The notes: generated by a model not told the origin, from the letters alone. A DNA stretch of 64,000 bases from an uncultured Candidatus Saccharibacteria bacterium (GCA_964633865.1 CAZWIJ010000004.1:35543-99542), one strand, 5' to 3'; counted from the first letter of the stretch, positions 19,192 to 29,301 are shown. Made by a program: numbers and translations.

Positions 19192-19566
19192 TTATTTAGA
19201 TAACCAATCTTCTAAAATTATTCTAGCAGATTCAACATCAATACTAGATTTTTTTGCTAAATATTTTTTTGCTAATGCACTTGTCATCCTTTCATCTAAT
19301 AACTCCACTTTGCCTTTAAATTTATTCTTTAAATTATCAACAAAATTTCTGACTTTTTTAGTTTGGATTGTATCAATTGATTCTAAATTTAAAGGTAATC
19401 CAACTAATATCAAATCTATTTCTAACTCTTGTATTATAGACACTAAATTATTAAAAAGGTTCTTATCATTATAAATCATCTTCAAAGGTAGTGCAATATT
19501 TAATCCTGAATAACTATGAGCTAAGCCTATCCTAGTATCACCATAATCAATAGCTAGTATATTCAT
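19192..19566 (-). CDS. ruvX: YqgF/RuvX pre-16S rRNA nuclease
   Basis: LAIDYGDTRIGLA, VGLP, DERMTS, D.ESA.IILE. Confidence 0.92.
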   Translation of the reverse strand: MNILAIDYGDTRIGLAHSYSGLNIALPLKMIYNDKNLFNNLVSIIQELEIDLILVGLPLNLESIDTIQTKKVRNFVDNLKNKFKGKVELLDERMTSALAKKYLAKKSSIDVESARIILEDWLSK

Positions 19567-19568
19567 TT

Positions 19569-20423
19569 TTACTGAAGACTATCTGTAAACTTCTTTATCT
19601 CTTCTTCAGAAAAAAAGTTAAGTGTCATAATATATCTTTTACCTTTTTTTCTAATCTCAACTTTGTTATTTAATTTTTGAGAGAAATTATTTACCAAAGA
19701 TTTAATATCACTACTAATTATATTCAAAGATGAATTTGGTTCTTTCTTTACCACTTTTTCAGTCTGCCTGACATTGAGAGCATTCTTAACTATATTTTCT
19801 AAAACTGCTTCTTGATCTAAAGGATTATCTATACCGGCAATAATTTTAGCATGACCTTCAGTAATTTGACCATTAGTAAGTGCTAATTGAACTGAAGGAG
19901 GCAGAGAAAGATACCTTAGTATATTTGCTACACTAGATCTGCTTAAATTCAACTGTTTTGCTATTTCTTCTTGAGTAAAGTTAAATTTTTCTTGCAAATC
20001 CTTAAATCCCTTAGCTTTTTCTATTGGATTTAGATCTTGTCTTTGAATATTCTCTATTAAAGCTAACTCGGCTTTTTCTTGATTAGAGATTTTATTCTTT
20101 ATAATTACAGGAACTTCTAATAGCCCCGCTAATTTTGCTGCTCTTAGTCTTCTCTCCCCTGCAATTAACTGATATTCACCTTTTTGCTCATCAACTGAAA
20201 CCATCAATGGCTGTAGAATACCTTTTTCTTTAATTGAATTGGATAAATTTAATAGATCATCTTCATCAAATATACTTCTTGGCTGAAAAGGATTCGCACT
20301 TATTAAATCAATTGACAATGTAGTCTGATTTGTATCTTTAACTGAATCAATATTTTGTAATATTGTTTTGTTTGGAATAAGAGATGATAAACCTCTCCCT
20401 AGAGAACTTTTGTTGTTGTTCAT
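19569..20423 (-). CDS. parB: ParB/Spo0J chromosome partition protein
   Basis: LGRGLSSLI, NPFQPR, GILQP, IAGERRLRA, ENIQRQDLNPIE, HTH. Confidence 0.95.
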   Translation of the reverse strand: MNNNKSSLGRGLSSLIPNKTILQNIDSVKDTNQTTLSIDLISANPFQPRSIFDEDDLLNLSNSIKEKGILQPLMVSVDEQKGEYQLIAGERRLRAAKLAGLLEVPVIIKNKISNQEKAELALIENIQRQDLNPIEKAKGFKDLQEKFNFTQEEIAKQLNLSRSSVANILRYLSLPPSVQLALTNGQITEGHAKIIAGIDNPLDQEAVLENIVKNALNVRQTEKVVKKEPNSSLNIISSDIKSLVNNFSQKLNNKVEIRKKGKRYIMTLNFFSEEEIKKFTDSLQ

Positions 20424-20481
20424 ATAAAAACTTTTATAATTTATACTATTATAATATCAAAATAATGTCTAATTAACAATA

Positions 20482-21207
20482 TTAAATCTCAAAATTTATA
20501 TTATTATCAGAATTAGTAAATTTCCAAATACTATAACTCTGAATTTCTAACATAATTTGTTGTTTTGTAATTTTCTTGTAATATTCTATTGTATTTATAA
20601 GAAATTCTCTTTTACTAAGTTCTATATCATTAATTTCATTTTTAATTAAAGGTATATATTTTCTATTTCTATAATCAAAATCATTCTTAGCAATTAATAA
20701 TATCTTTCCCTCTTTCTCGAGTTTATCTATCCAATCTTCAAACCCTAATATAATAAAACTATTTTCATTTTCCTTTATATAATCCAACTTAAATAATCTC
20801 TTTTTATTAAAAATAAAATATTTATAATCTAATTGAAAAATTAATAATCCTATAAAGTCTATTCCTATTTCAAATTTAGAGATCAATTCTCCTAACAAAA
20901 TTATAAGAATTTCTTCCAAAAACTTGTCTTCTATATTTACTGATCTAGATTTATAATTTTTGTTACTATAAATAGATTTTTTTTCTTCTATCAAATTTTC
21001 ATTATATTCTTTATATAAAAAATTTTGATCAGCTAGATTTTTTATATTTATTTTGTATATATCAGATAAAGTTAATGCCTGATCCAATGTTAAATACCTT
21101 TCTCCTTTTTCTATCAAAATATAAGTTGGCCTTGAAACTCCTAAAGTCTTAGCAATCTGTACTTGCGTCATATTTTTCTCTTTTCTTAACTTCTTTAAAT
21201 ATTTCAT
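20482..21207 (-). CDS. XRE-family HTH regulator with degenerate DUF4065 (SocA/Panacea)-like C-terminal domain
   Basis: N-terminal LKKLRKEKNMTQVQIAKTLGVSRPTY..IEKGER. C-terminus loosely follows 'KF.E.LLYIL...KLLYF.DF..Y' of HTH-DUF4065 proteins. Confidence 0.65.
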   Translation of the reverse strand: MKYLKKLRKEKNMTQVQIAKTLGVSRPTYILIEKGERYLTLDQALTLSDIYKINIKNLADQNFLYKEYNENLIEEKKSIYSNKNYKSRSVNIEDKFLEEILIILLGELISKFEIGIDFIGLLIFQLDYKYFIFNKKRLFKLDYIKENENSFIILGFEDWIDKLEKEGKILLIAKNDFDYRNRKYIPLIKNEINDIELSKREFLINTIEYYKKITKQQIMLEIQSYSIWKFTNSDNNINFEI

Positions 21208-21254
21208 TCTTTCTATATCTATAGACTAATACAACTTAAATACTATTTTTGCAT

Positions 21255-21285
21255 ATATATTTTACAAAAATTATGTAAAATATAT
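21255..21285. promoter_or_regulatory. Inverted repeat, candidate XRE operator
   Basis: ATATATTTTACA-N7-TGTAAAATATAT (12-bp arms) between the divergent XRE and DUF1508 genes. Confidence 0.45.
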
Positions 21286-21379
21286 TGGCACTTATTTTTT
21301 ATTATGTATAATATTATTATACTTTAATTATAAAGCTATACATCAAAATTAAAGTAAAATAAATCTTAAATATAAATTT

Positions 21380-21553
21380 ATGTTCTACCAATTATACAAA
21401 GATAATAAATCTCTTTTTAGATGGAAACTTTTGGCTTCAAATAATCATGTTATTGCTATATCTAATCAAGGATATATATCAAAAGATACCGCTATTAAAT
21501 CTATTATTCTAACTCAAAGTTCAAAGGGAGTAAGAATTGATGATCTTACTTAG
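21380..21553 (+). CDS. YegP/DUF1508 family small protein, 57 aa (below ORF-track cutoff)
   Basis: MFYQLYKDNKSLFRWKLLASNNHVIAISNQGYISKDTAIKSI fits the F.lYkd...fRw.LkA.Ng.iIA.s.gY.sk..a...I pattern. Confidence 0.8.
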   Translation: MFYQLYKDNKSLFRWKLLASNNHVIAISNQGYISKDTAIKSIILTQSSKGVRIDDLT

Positions 21554-21630
21554 TTTAATGTCACATATTCATATTATCATATTTTTAGTCTAAAGTATAT
21601 GTTTAGTCACTCTGATTAAAAATTATTATT

Positions 21631-21659
21631 TCTCTTCACTTAGGTGAGGGGATTTTTTT
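21631..21659 (+). terminator. Intrinsic terminator after the DUF1508 gene
   Basis: TCTCTTCAC-ttag-GTGAGGGGA followed by a T-run. Confidence 0.7.
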
Positions 21660-21753
21660 ATATACTTTATATTGTACAAAATTATAATTTAAGATATCAT
21701 TTAGATAAGAGTTAAAAATCAAACTCTAAAATTTTTATAATTAACTAATAAAT

Positions 21754-22878
21754 ATGAACTCTATTTTAAATTTTATAAAATATATAGGTAAAAATATATG
21801 GTCTTTGATCAAGTTCACTATATCAAAAATGTATACTGTATCTATAGTTACCTTAGCTATAATTCTACCAATTCTAATATTATCTATACCAACCACTCCC
21901 ACAAGTGATGGAGAAATGATAGCTAGCGATACTTCTACATTAGAATTTTCTTATTATTCTGGGGAAAAAGAATCTGAAGATAAAATTGCTCGTATTGACA
22001 TATCTGGAATAATTTTAAAAGAAAGTCTCAATAATGATCCATTTTCTTTTCTCAATGAACAAGCTGTAGATGCTAATAGAATAAAGAAAACTTTGAAGAA
22101 ATTAGCTGATGAGAATGAGGTAAAAGCTGTTTTATTAAATTTAGACACTCCTGGAGGAGATCCTGAAGGTGCAAAATTAATCACTGAGGGGATTTTATAC
22201 TTTAAAGAAAAAACCCAAAAACCTGTTTATGGATATATTAATAGCATCTCAACTTCAGCTGGAGCTTGGATATCTGCTCCATTAGATATGATTATTGCAA
22301 AAGACTATGCATTGGTTGCAAATGTAGGAATTTCTGCTGGAAAAATTGTAAAAGCTCCTTCTATAACAAAATATGTTGGTGGAGAATTTATTGGAGAAAG
22401 TAAAGAAGAAGTGAAAATAATTGAAATGTATAGAGGTAAATATAAAAGATTTGAGAATCCACTAAATCCAACTGATGATGAGATTAAAAATGTTTATGGT
22501 GATTTACTTGATGGAATGTATGATGAGTTCATAAATCATATGGCAACTTATCGAAAAATAGATCAAACTGTTCTAAGAGATGAAATTGGGGCAAAAGTAT
22601 TGTTTGCAAAAGATGCTTTGGAGTATAAATTTGTTGATGAATTAGGAAATGAAGAATTTGCATTAGACACATTTTCAAAAAAAATAAATTCTAGTAGTGA
22701 TGTAATTATCCTAGATACCAACCTATCTAGTGAGTTTGGATTATTAGAATCATTATTTGGTATGACAAAATCATATGTAAACACAAAGTTAGGGAATAAT
22801 ACTATTCAATCTTCCTACATTTGTAATCCTGAACAAATTTTATCATTTTATGGAAATATAGATAATTACTGTAAATAG
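21754..22878 (+). CDS. sppA: S49 family signal peptide peptidase (SppA-like)
   Basis: N-terminal TM, VKAVLLNLDTPGG, STSAGAWI (catalytic Ser), GKYK, FVDELG. Confidence 0.85.
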   Translation: MNSILNFIKYIGKNIWSLIKFTISKMYTVSIVTLAIILPILILSIPTTPTSDGEMIASDTSTLEFSYYSGEKESEDKIARIDISGIILKESLNNDPFSFLNEQAVDANRIKKTLKKLADENEVKAVLLNLDTPGGDPEGAKLITEGILYFKEKTQKPVYGYINSISTSAGAWISAPLDMIIAKDYALVANVGISAGKIVKAPSITKYVGGEFIGESKEEVKIIEMYRGKYKRFENPLNPTDDEIKNVYGDLLDGMYDEFINHMATYRKIDQTVLRDEIGAKVLFAKDALEYKFVDELGNEEFALDTFSKKINSSSDVIILDTNLSSEFGLLESLFGMTKSYVNTKLGNNTIQSSYICNPEQILSFYGNIDNYCK

Positions 22879-22881
22879 ATC

Positions 22882-22909
22882 TTGATATTTAATTTTATTT
22901 TGATAAACT
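22882..22909 (+). promoter_or_regulatory. Putative promoter for the small unit at 22915-23145
   Basis: TTGATA-16 bp-TAAACT with extended -10 TG. Confidence 0.45.
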
Positions 22910-22948
22910 TAAATTAGTACTTTTATAAAATTGAATGAGGTATCTGTG

Positions 22949-23101
22949 ATGTTAAAACAAAAACAAGATACAGAAACATTAAAGGCTTTTGTAATTCATA
23001 AGAATTGTGGATTGTCATTACACATCTCTCCAAACGGAGAGATGTACCAAAACACAGTACATGGGATGATCAAAATACCGAATCCTCCTGTAAAAATTTA
23101 A
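22949..23101 (+). CDS. Putative 50-aa small protein (or structured RNA)
   Basis: GAGG upstream, ORF MLKQKQDTETLKAFVIHKNCGLSLHISPNGEMYQNTVHGMIKIPNPPVKI*, flanked by a promoter and a terminator. Confidence 0.45.
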   Translation: MLKQKQDTETLKAFVIHKNCGLSLHISPNGEMYQNTVHGMIKIPNPPVKI

Positions 23102-23114
23102 ATTAATAATTGAG

Positions 23115-23144
23115 AAAGGATACATTTAATTATGTGTCCTTTTT
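23115..23144 (+). terminator. Intrinsic terminator upstream of the mraZ promoter
   Basis: AAAGGATACAT-ttaatt-ATGTGTCCTTT followed by TT. Confidence 0.75.
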
Positions 23145-23170
23145 ATTTTATAACAATCCTAAAAATTTAC

Positions 23171-23233
23171 TTGACAGTCCCCATTATATACATTATAATG
23201 TATATAAGTGGTGATTAGTGGTGAATAATGTGG
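23171..23233 (+). promoter_or_regulatory. dcw promoter with MraZ-binding GTGG repeats
   Basis: Consensus TTGACA-17-TATAAT (23171-23199). GTGG at 23208, 23218 and 23230, resembling the MraZ direct-repeat operator. Confidence 0.8.
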
Positions 23234-23263
23234 ATTAAAAGATTATAATTTTATAGTTAATAT

Positions 23264-23695
23264 ATGTTTATAGGTGAATTTAATCATTCATTAGATATAA
23301 AAGGAAGAATTGCTTTACCAAAAAAGTTTAGATCTGACTTAGAAAAGGGTTTAGTGATTACAAAGGGGCTTGATAATTGTCTCTGGATTTATACTATGGA
23401 AGAATGGAATAATTTAGCTAAAAAACTAGTTAATCTTCCAATTAGTCAATCTGATACTAGAGCTTTTAGTAGAATAATGTTGGCTGGAGCTATGGATGTG
23501 ACTTTGGATTCACAAGGTAGAATAGTTATCCCTGAATATCTTAGGACATATGCTAATATTAATAAAAAAGTAATTATAGCTGGATTATATGATAGATTAG
23601 AACTTTGGGATCAAGAAAAATGGGATGAATATAAATCAAAAACTGAAAGTAAAGTTGATGAATTGGCTGAAAGATTAGGTGAGCTAGGCATATAA
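23264..23695 (+). CDS. mraZ: Transcriptional regulator MraZ
   Basis: MFIGEFNHSLDIKGRIALPKKFR and LDSQGRIVIP. Confidence 0.97.
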   Translation: MFIGEFNHSLDIKGRIALPKKFRSDLEKGLVITKGLDNCLWIYTMEEWNNLAKKLVNLPISQSDTRAFSRIMLAGAMDVTLDSQGRIVIPEYLRTYANINKKVIIAGLYDRLELWDQEKWDEYKSKTESKVDELAERLGELGI

Positions 23696-23708
23696 ATTAA
23701 TTATTATT

Positions 23709-24605
23709 ATGAATACCAAGTGGGAACACATATCTGTAATGAAACAAGAGTCAATTGATTTTTTGAATATTGATCCTGAAAAAAATTATGTAGATGCCAC
23801 TTTAGGACTAGGAGGACATTCAAAAAAAATAGTAGATAAACTATCTACTGGCAAATTAATTTGTATTGATACAGATGAGGAAGCACTTACTTTAGCACAA
23901 AAGAATCTGAAAGAATTTGATGAGAAAATTATATTTTGCAATGATAATTTTGCTAACATCAAAAATATTATTAAAGAATTTAATTTTGAATCTATCTCAG
24001 GTGGTATTCTTGCAGATCTAGGTGTATCATCAATGGAATTAGATAATTCTGAAAGAGGATTTAGTTTTCTAAAGAATGCTGATTTAGACATGAGAATGAA
24101 TAGAAATCAAAGTTTAACAGCAAAATATATAGTTAATAATTATTCAATTACAGATCTCATAAATATATTCAAGATTTATGGTGATGAAAAATTTCCTGGT
24201 AGAATTGCAAGAGCAATATGTGATAGGAGAAGAAAAAAATCAATCAAAGAGACTCTAGATTTGGCTTCAATAATTAAAAACTCTGTACCTATAAAATTCC
24301 AGAATACAAAAATTCATCCAGCAACCAAAGTATTTCAAGCTCTTAGAATAGAAGTGAATGATGAATTAAATGTGCTCAAAAAATTTTTGTTAGATTCAAT
24401 AGATTTATTAGAAAGTAAAGCGAGACTAGTAATAATATCATTTCATTCTGGTGAAGATAGAATAGTGAAAAATGTGTTTAGAGATAAATACCTTGAGGGA
24501 AGTGTTAAATTATTAACAAGAAAGCCTTTAACTCCATCCGAATATGAAATTAATGAAAATATTAGATCAAGAAGTGCAAAAATGAGAATATTAGAAAAAA
24601 TTTAA
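23709..24605 (+). CDS. rsmH: 16S rRNA m4C1402 methyltransferase
   Basis: DATLGLGGHS, DLGVSSM, RGFSF, FQALRIEVNDEL, SRSAKMR. Confidence 0.97.
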   Translation: MNTKWEHISVMKQESIDFLNIDPEKNYVDATLGLGGHSKKIVDKLSTGKLICIDTDEEALTLAQKNLKEFDEKIIFCNDNFANIKNIIKEFNFESISGGILADLGVSSMELDNSERGFSFLKNADLDMRMNRNQSLTAKYIVNNYSITDLINIFKIYGDEKFPGRIARAICDRRRKKSIKETLDLASIIKNSVPIKFQNTKIHPATKVFQALRIEVNDELNVLKKFLLDSIDLLESKARLVIISFHSGEDRIVKNVFRDKYLEGSVKLLTRKPLTPSEYEINENIRSRSAKMRILEKI

Positions 24606-24616
24606 GCTAAAAATTT

Positions 24617-24913
24617 ATGAATAATCCATCCATTAATACTAATTTGAATAAATTTATTTACAGTGTATTATCAATACTAATTTTACTTTGTTTAGTTTAT
24701 ATCAATGAGACTAGCTCTCTCTCTACTCAAGGATATGTTATTAGTGATTACCAAAAAAATCTTTGGGAAGCTGAACAATCTCAAGTTAACCTAAATACTA
24801 GCATTGCACAACAAAGCTCAATTTTAGCATTAAATGAGAATGCCAATCAAAATTCAATGGAAAAATCTAATCCTATATATATAAATAATGTAGATACTGT
24901 TGTAATCAAGTAG
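24617..24913 (+). CDS. FtsL-like cell division protein
   Basis: Single TM plus coiled coil, located between rsmH and the PBP gene. Confidence 0.6.
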   Translation: MNNPSINTNLNKFIYSVLSILILLCLVYINETSSLSTQGYVISDYQKNLWEAEQSQVNLNTSIAQQSSILALNENANQNSMEKSNPIYINNVDTVVIK

Positions 24914-24930
24914 GGATTTTATAATTTGTT

Positions 24931-26727
24931 ATGATGAAAAAGCTAAATTACAAAAATAATATTTATCATGATAAAAATGAAAATAATGATAATAATAAAT
25001 TAAGTAAATGGAGATTAATAATTTTCGTACTTATAGTGATTTCAATATTTCTAATAATGATTATTAAATCATTTCAAATACAAATCTTAAATTATGATCT
25101 TTATTCTAATTTAGCCGCTTCACAACATTTTAAAGAATATATTATAAATGGGAAAAGAGGATCTATATTTCTACAAGATATAAAAAATCAATCTTATTTT
25201 CCAATAGCAATAAATAAAAAAAAATATGACCTTATTATTGATCCTAGTCTTCTTTCTAAAGAATCTTCTGAGTATGTTAATTCAGTAAAACAAATTTTAT
25301 TTAAAAAAATACCAGGAATCGATCCTTTAAAGTTTGATGATCAGCTTTCCAAATCAGAGTTAAAATGGCAATTAGTTCAAAAAGATATAGAAGAAGAAGT
25401 TGTAAATGAAATCAATCAAAAAAAACTTAACGGTATTTATTTTGAAGAAAAAATAAGTAGATTTTATCCAGAAAAAAACTTAGCTTCCCAAGTAATTGGA
25501 TTTGTTCAGAAAGATAATATAGGAGAAGGTAAATATGGGGTAGAAGGTCACTTTAATAATATTTTGAAAGGTGAAAATGGATTTAAAAAACAAGAAACTG
25601 ATATAACTGGTAATTGGCTTGCTTTTGGAGAATCTAACAATATAGATGCTGTTGATGGTGCTGATATTGTACTTACTATTGATCATAATATTCAATACAA
25701 ATTAGAATCTACATTACAAAAATTACAAGATGAATTTAAACCAAAATATTCAATGGGATTAATTATGGATCCAAAAACTGGAGATATTCTAGCTATGGCT
25801 ACACTCCCCTCCTTTGATCCTAATAATTATAACTTAGTTTCAGATATAAATATTTTTTCTAACCCAACTATATCTAATTTGTATGAACCTGGATCAATAT
25901 TTAAACCTTTCACAGCTGCTATAGGGCTTGACACTGGAGCATTTTCTTCAGAAACAAAATTTACTGACACAGGTGAACTTACATTAAATGGATTTACAAT
26001 AAAAAATGCTTTAGAAAAAAAATATGGAGAACAAACAATGACCAATGTTCTGGAAAAGTCTATAAACACTGGGACTGTATTTATGCAACAAAAAGCAGGA
26101 AAAGAAGCTTTTGTTGATTATTTATCAGATAAATTTAATTTCCCTAATAAAACTAATATTGATTTACCTTCTGAGGCTACTTCTAATATCTCTAATATTA
26201 CAAAATCTATAAGAGACTCTAGGGATATAAATTATGCTACAGCATCTTTTGGACAAGGAATCTCAATGACTCCTATAAGATTATTATCCTCATTTAATTC
26301 TTTTGTAAATGATGGTATAATTATGAAGCCTCAGATTGTGAAAGAAATTAAATTAAGTAATGGAGAAGTGAAAAAAAATGAACCAATAATTGAATCACAG
26401 GCTTTATCTAAAGAAAGTTCAGAAGAATTATCTAAAATGCTTGTTAGTGTTGTAAATAATGGACATGGATCAAAAGCCGGAGTAGAAGGATATAATATAG
26501 GTGGAAAAACAGGAACAGCACAAATTGCTATTAAAGGAGGCTACGGAGAAGACACATTTCAATCATTTATAGAATTTGTCACACTAGATGATCCTAAATA
26601 CACATTATTAATCTCATTAGATTCTCCGAAAGATGTAAGGTTTTCCGATACTTCAGTTGTTCCAGCTACAAAAGAACTAAATGAATTTTTGATCAATTAT
26701 TTTGAAATTATACCAGAATCTAATTAA
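24931..26727 (+). CDS. ftsI: Class B penicillin-binding protein (FtsI-like)
   Basis: RGSI, YEPGSIFK (SxxK), SIN (SxN), KTGTAQ. Position in the dcw cluster. Confidence 0.88.
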   Translation: MMKKLNYKNNIYHDKNENNDNNKLSKWRLIIFVLIVISIFLIMIIKSFQIQILNYDLYSNLAASQHFKEYIINGKRGSIFLQDIKNQSYFPIAINKKKYDLIIDPSLLSKESSEYVNSVKQILFKKIPGIDPLKFDDQLSKSELKWQLVQKDIEEEVVNEINQKKLNGIYFEEKISRFYPEKNLASQVIGFVQKDNIGEGKYGVEGHFNNILKGENGFKKQETDITGNWLAFGESNNIDAVDGADIVLTIDHNIQYKLESTLQKLQDEFKPKYSMGLIMDPKTGDILAMATLPSFDPNNYNLVSDINIFSNPTISNLYEPGSIFKPFTAAIGLDTGAFSSETKFTDTGELTLNGFTIKNALEKKYGEQTMTNVLEKSINTGTVFMQQKAGKEAFVDYLSDKFNFPNKTNIDLPSEATSNISNITKSIRDSRDINYATASFGQGISMTPIRLLSSFNSFVNDGIIMKPQIVKEIKLSNGEVKKNEPIIESQALSKESSEELSKMLVSVVNNGHGSKAGVEGYNIGGKTGTAQIAIKGGYGEDTFQSFIEFVTLDDPKYTLLISLDSPKDVRFSDTSVVPATKELNEFLINYFEIIPESN

Positions 26728-26733
26728 CCTAAT

Positions 26734-28056
26734 ATGAAACATTTTATTATTAACATTTTAAAGAGATTAACAAAAAAAATACTTACTAAAAATAATGTTC
26801 AAATTATTGTAATTACTGGTAATGTTGGAAAAACTAGTGCTAGAAATAATTTAGTTGAGTTTTTATCTCAATACGATACAGTTGGAACTAATCTTGATAA
26901 CTATAATAGTGATATAGGGGTAATATTATCAATACTAAAAGAAAAATCTCCTAAGAAAAACCCTTTCTCTTGGCTTAGAATAATTCTCAAAGCATGGATT
27001 ATGTCAATCTCCAAACAGAAGAATTTTCCTTCTATTTGGGTATTAGAATTAGGGATAGATTTCCCAAAAGATATGGATTTTTTTGTAGATAACTTTCTAA
27101 AATTTGATGTAATTATATTTGGATATGTTGGTAAAAATCCTGTACATTTAGGTAATTTTAAAAATAGAGATGAACTTATCTTAGAGAAATCTAAAATACT
27201 TAGAGGGCTAAAACCTGATGGACTCTTGATTATAGATGGAGATGATTCTTATTTAAAAAAATATTACAATAATAGATCTAATGTTATTTCTTATGGATTT
27301 TCTGATTCAGTTGACCTTAAAGCTTCAGATTTTAAAATTAAACTCACAATTGATAATAATAAAGAAACTATAGAAAAATTTTATTCCAAAATTGTACCAA
27401 AAGGAAGTTTCAAAATAAGCTATAAAGGTAGTAATATTCCTTTTCATGTTGATTATTTATTAGCAGAACACCAGATTTATGCTTTATTATCAACTATTGC
27501 TTTTGCTATTCATACAAATATAAATCTAGTTGATATTTCTAAGCAAATTACCTCCATAAAACCTTTAAAAGGTAGGTTAAGAATAATTGAAGGAATAAAA
27601 GATAGTTTATTAATGGAAGATACTTATAATTCAGCTCCAAAAGCTATGGAATCAGCAATCAAAACTTTATATGATATAAAAATTCCTAATATCAGAAGAG
27701 TGGCCATTTTAGGATCTATGAAAGAGTTAGGAAAAGATTCTGATAAAATTCATAAAAACATAGGTAAACTACTATCTCAAAATGTAGATTTATTTATTGC
27801 TGTTGGAGAAGAAATTAAACCCGCATTTCAAGAATTTAATAAATTGACCAAATCCAAAGAAAAATCTATTTGGGTTCCAAATTCTAATTCTATTTTAGAA
27901 AGAATTACTGACCTTATTACTTCTAATGATTTGATTCTAATAAAAGGATCTGAGTCTTCTAGGATGGAAAAAATATCTGCTAAATTATTATTAAATCAAA
28001 AATTTAGTAAAGAGCTTTTACCAAGACAATCCAAAGACTGGTTAGCTAAAAACTAA
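26734..28056 (+). CDS. murF: UDP-MurNAc-pentapeptide synthetase MurF
   Basis: ITGNVGKTS, LELGID, GRLRII, DTYNSAP, LGSMKELG, LIKGS. Confidence 0.85.
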   Translation: MKHFIINILKRLTKKILTKNNVQIIVITGNVGKTSARNNLVEFLSQYDTVGTNLDNYNSDIGVILSILKEKSPKKNPFSWLRIILKAWIMSISKQKNFPSIWVLELGIDFPKDMDFFVDNFLKFDVIIFGYVGKNPVHLGNFKNRDELILEKSKILRGLKPDGLLIIDGDDSYLKKYYNNRSNVISYGFSDSVDLKASDFKIKLTIDNNKETIEKFYSKIVPKGSFKISYKGSNIPFHVDYLLAEHQIYALLSTIAFAIHTNINLVDISKQITSIKPLKGRLRIIEGIKDSLLMEDTYNSAPKAMESAIKTLYDIKIPNIRRVAILGSMKELGKDSDKIHKNIGKLLSQNVDLFIAVGEEIKPAFQEFNKLTKSKEKSIWVPNSNSILERITDLITSNDLILIKGSESSRMEKISAKLLLNQKFSKELLPRQSKDWLAKN

Positions 28057-29267
28057 ATACAAAAAATTTTATAAACTTTATCTAAACTATTAAAAAATAT
28101 TTCCAAATCTTGTTTAGTTGTGTATATACCAAAACTAATTCTAACACTTCCATTTATATTTAATAATTTTGCTAAAGGTTCAGCACAATGAAAACCTACC
28201 CTAACACAAATACCATCATCTGCCAGAATTTGTGCTATATCATGCTGATGAATACCTTTTATATTAAAAGAAATTAAAGTTTTTCTGTATAAATAATCTT
28301 GACTTCCATAAATAGTAATATATTTTCTTCTCCCCAATTCCTGAATAGCATAAGCCATCAAAGATTTTTCATCTTCCATAATAGTATCAAATCCTATTTT
28401 TTGTACAAAACTAATTGCTCTTGCAAGCCCTATAACTTCTGCTATAGAAGGTGTTCCTGCTTCAAATCTTTCTGGAATAGTAGTTAATTGATAAGAATTA
28501 TAATTAACCCTAGAAACCATTCCCCCACCAAGCTGATTTGGGATTAAGTTTTGTAATAGCTTATATTTCCCATATAAAACTCCTACCCCAGTTGGCCCAT
28601 ATAATTTATGTCCTGAAAAAACCATAAAATCTATGTCTTGCTGTGTAACATCAATTGGAATATGAGCAATAGACTGACAAGAATCTAATACTACTAAGGC
28701 TTGATTTAGATGAGCTTTTTTTATGATTTTATCTAAATTTAGAAGTGTTCCTAATACATTAGAAATATGAGTGAGAGCAACTATTTTAGTTTTAGAGGTT
28801 ATCAAAGTAAGATAATCCTCTTCTTTGATAATTCCTTGATTAATATCTACATACTTTATTATTACTCCTTTCCGCTCGGCTACTCTTTGCCAAATAAGAA
28901 GATTACTATGATGTTCTCCGTAAGATAAGATTATTTCATCACCTTTTTCTAGATTATCAGAAAGCATCAAAGCTAATTGATTGATACCATCTGTACTATT
29001 CTTTGTTATAATTATTTCTTCCCATCTCTTGGCTCCAATAAAATCGGCTATTATTTGTTTACTTTCTAGATATTTTTGATTTGTCTTAACTGCATTAGGA
29101 TATATATTACTATGCAAATTTGCTCTATAATCATAATAATATTCGTTCATTGCCTTCACTACACAGTCAGGGGAAAGGGTGCTGGCTGCAGAATCTAAAT
29201 AACAAAAATTTTCTTTTTGTAAGATTCTGAATTTAGATTTTAAGTTCATAGGGAAAGAATTATTCAT
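28053..29267 (-). CDS. sufS: SufS-type cysteine desulfurase
   Basis: YLDSAAST, EHHSN, FSGHKLYGPTG, FEAGTP, RVGFHCA. Confidence 0.92.
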   Translation of the reverse strand: MNNSFPMNLKSKFRILQKENFCYLDSAASTLSPDCVVKAMNEYYYDYRANLHSNIYPNAVKTNQKYLESKQIIADFIGAKRWEEIIITKNSTDGINQLALMLSDNLEKGDEIILSYGEHHSNLLIWQRVAERKGVIIKYVDINQGIIKEEDYLTLITSKTKIVALTHISNVLGTLLNLDKIIKKAHLNQALVVLDSCQSIAHIPIDVTQQDIDFMVFSGHKLYGPTGVGVLYGKYKLLQNLIPNQLGGGMVSRVNYNSYQLTTIPERFEAGTPSIAEVIGLARAISFVQKIGFDTIMEDEKSLMAYAIQELGRRKYITIYGSQDYLYRKTLISFNIKGIHQHDIAQILADDGICVRVGFHCAEPLAKLLNINGSVRISFGIYTTKQDLEIFFNSLDKVYKIFCI

Positions 29268-29301
29268 TAATATCCTGATTATACTATATTTCTTACAAAA
29301 T

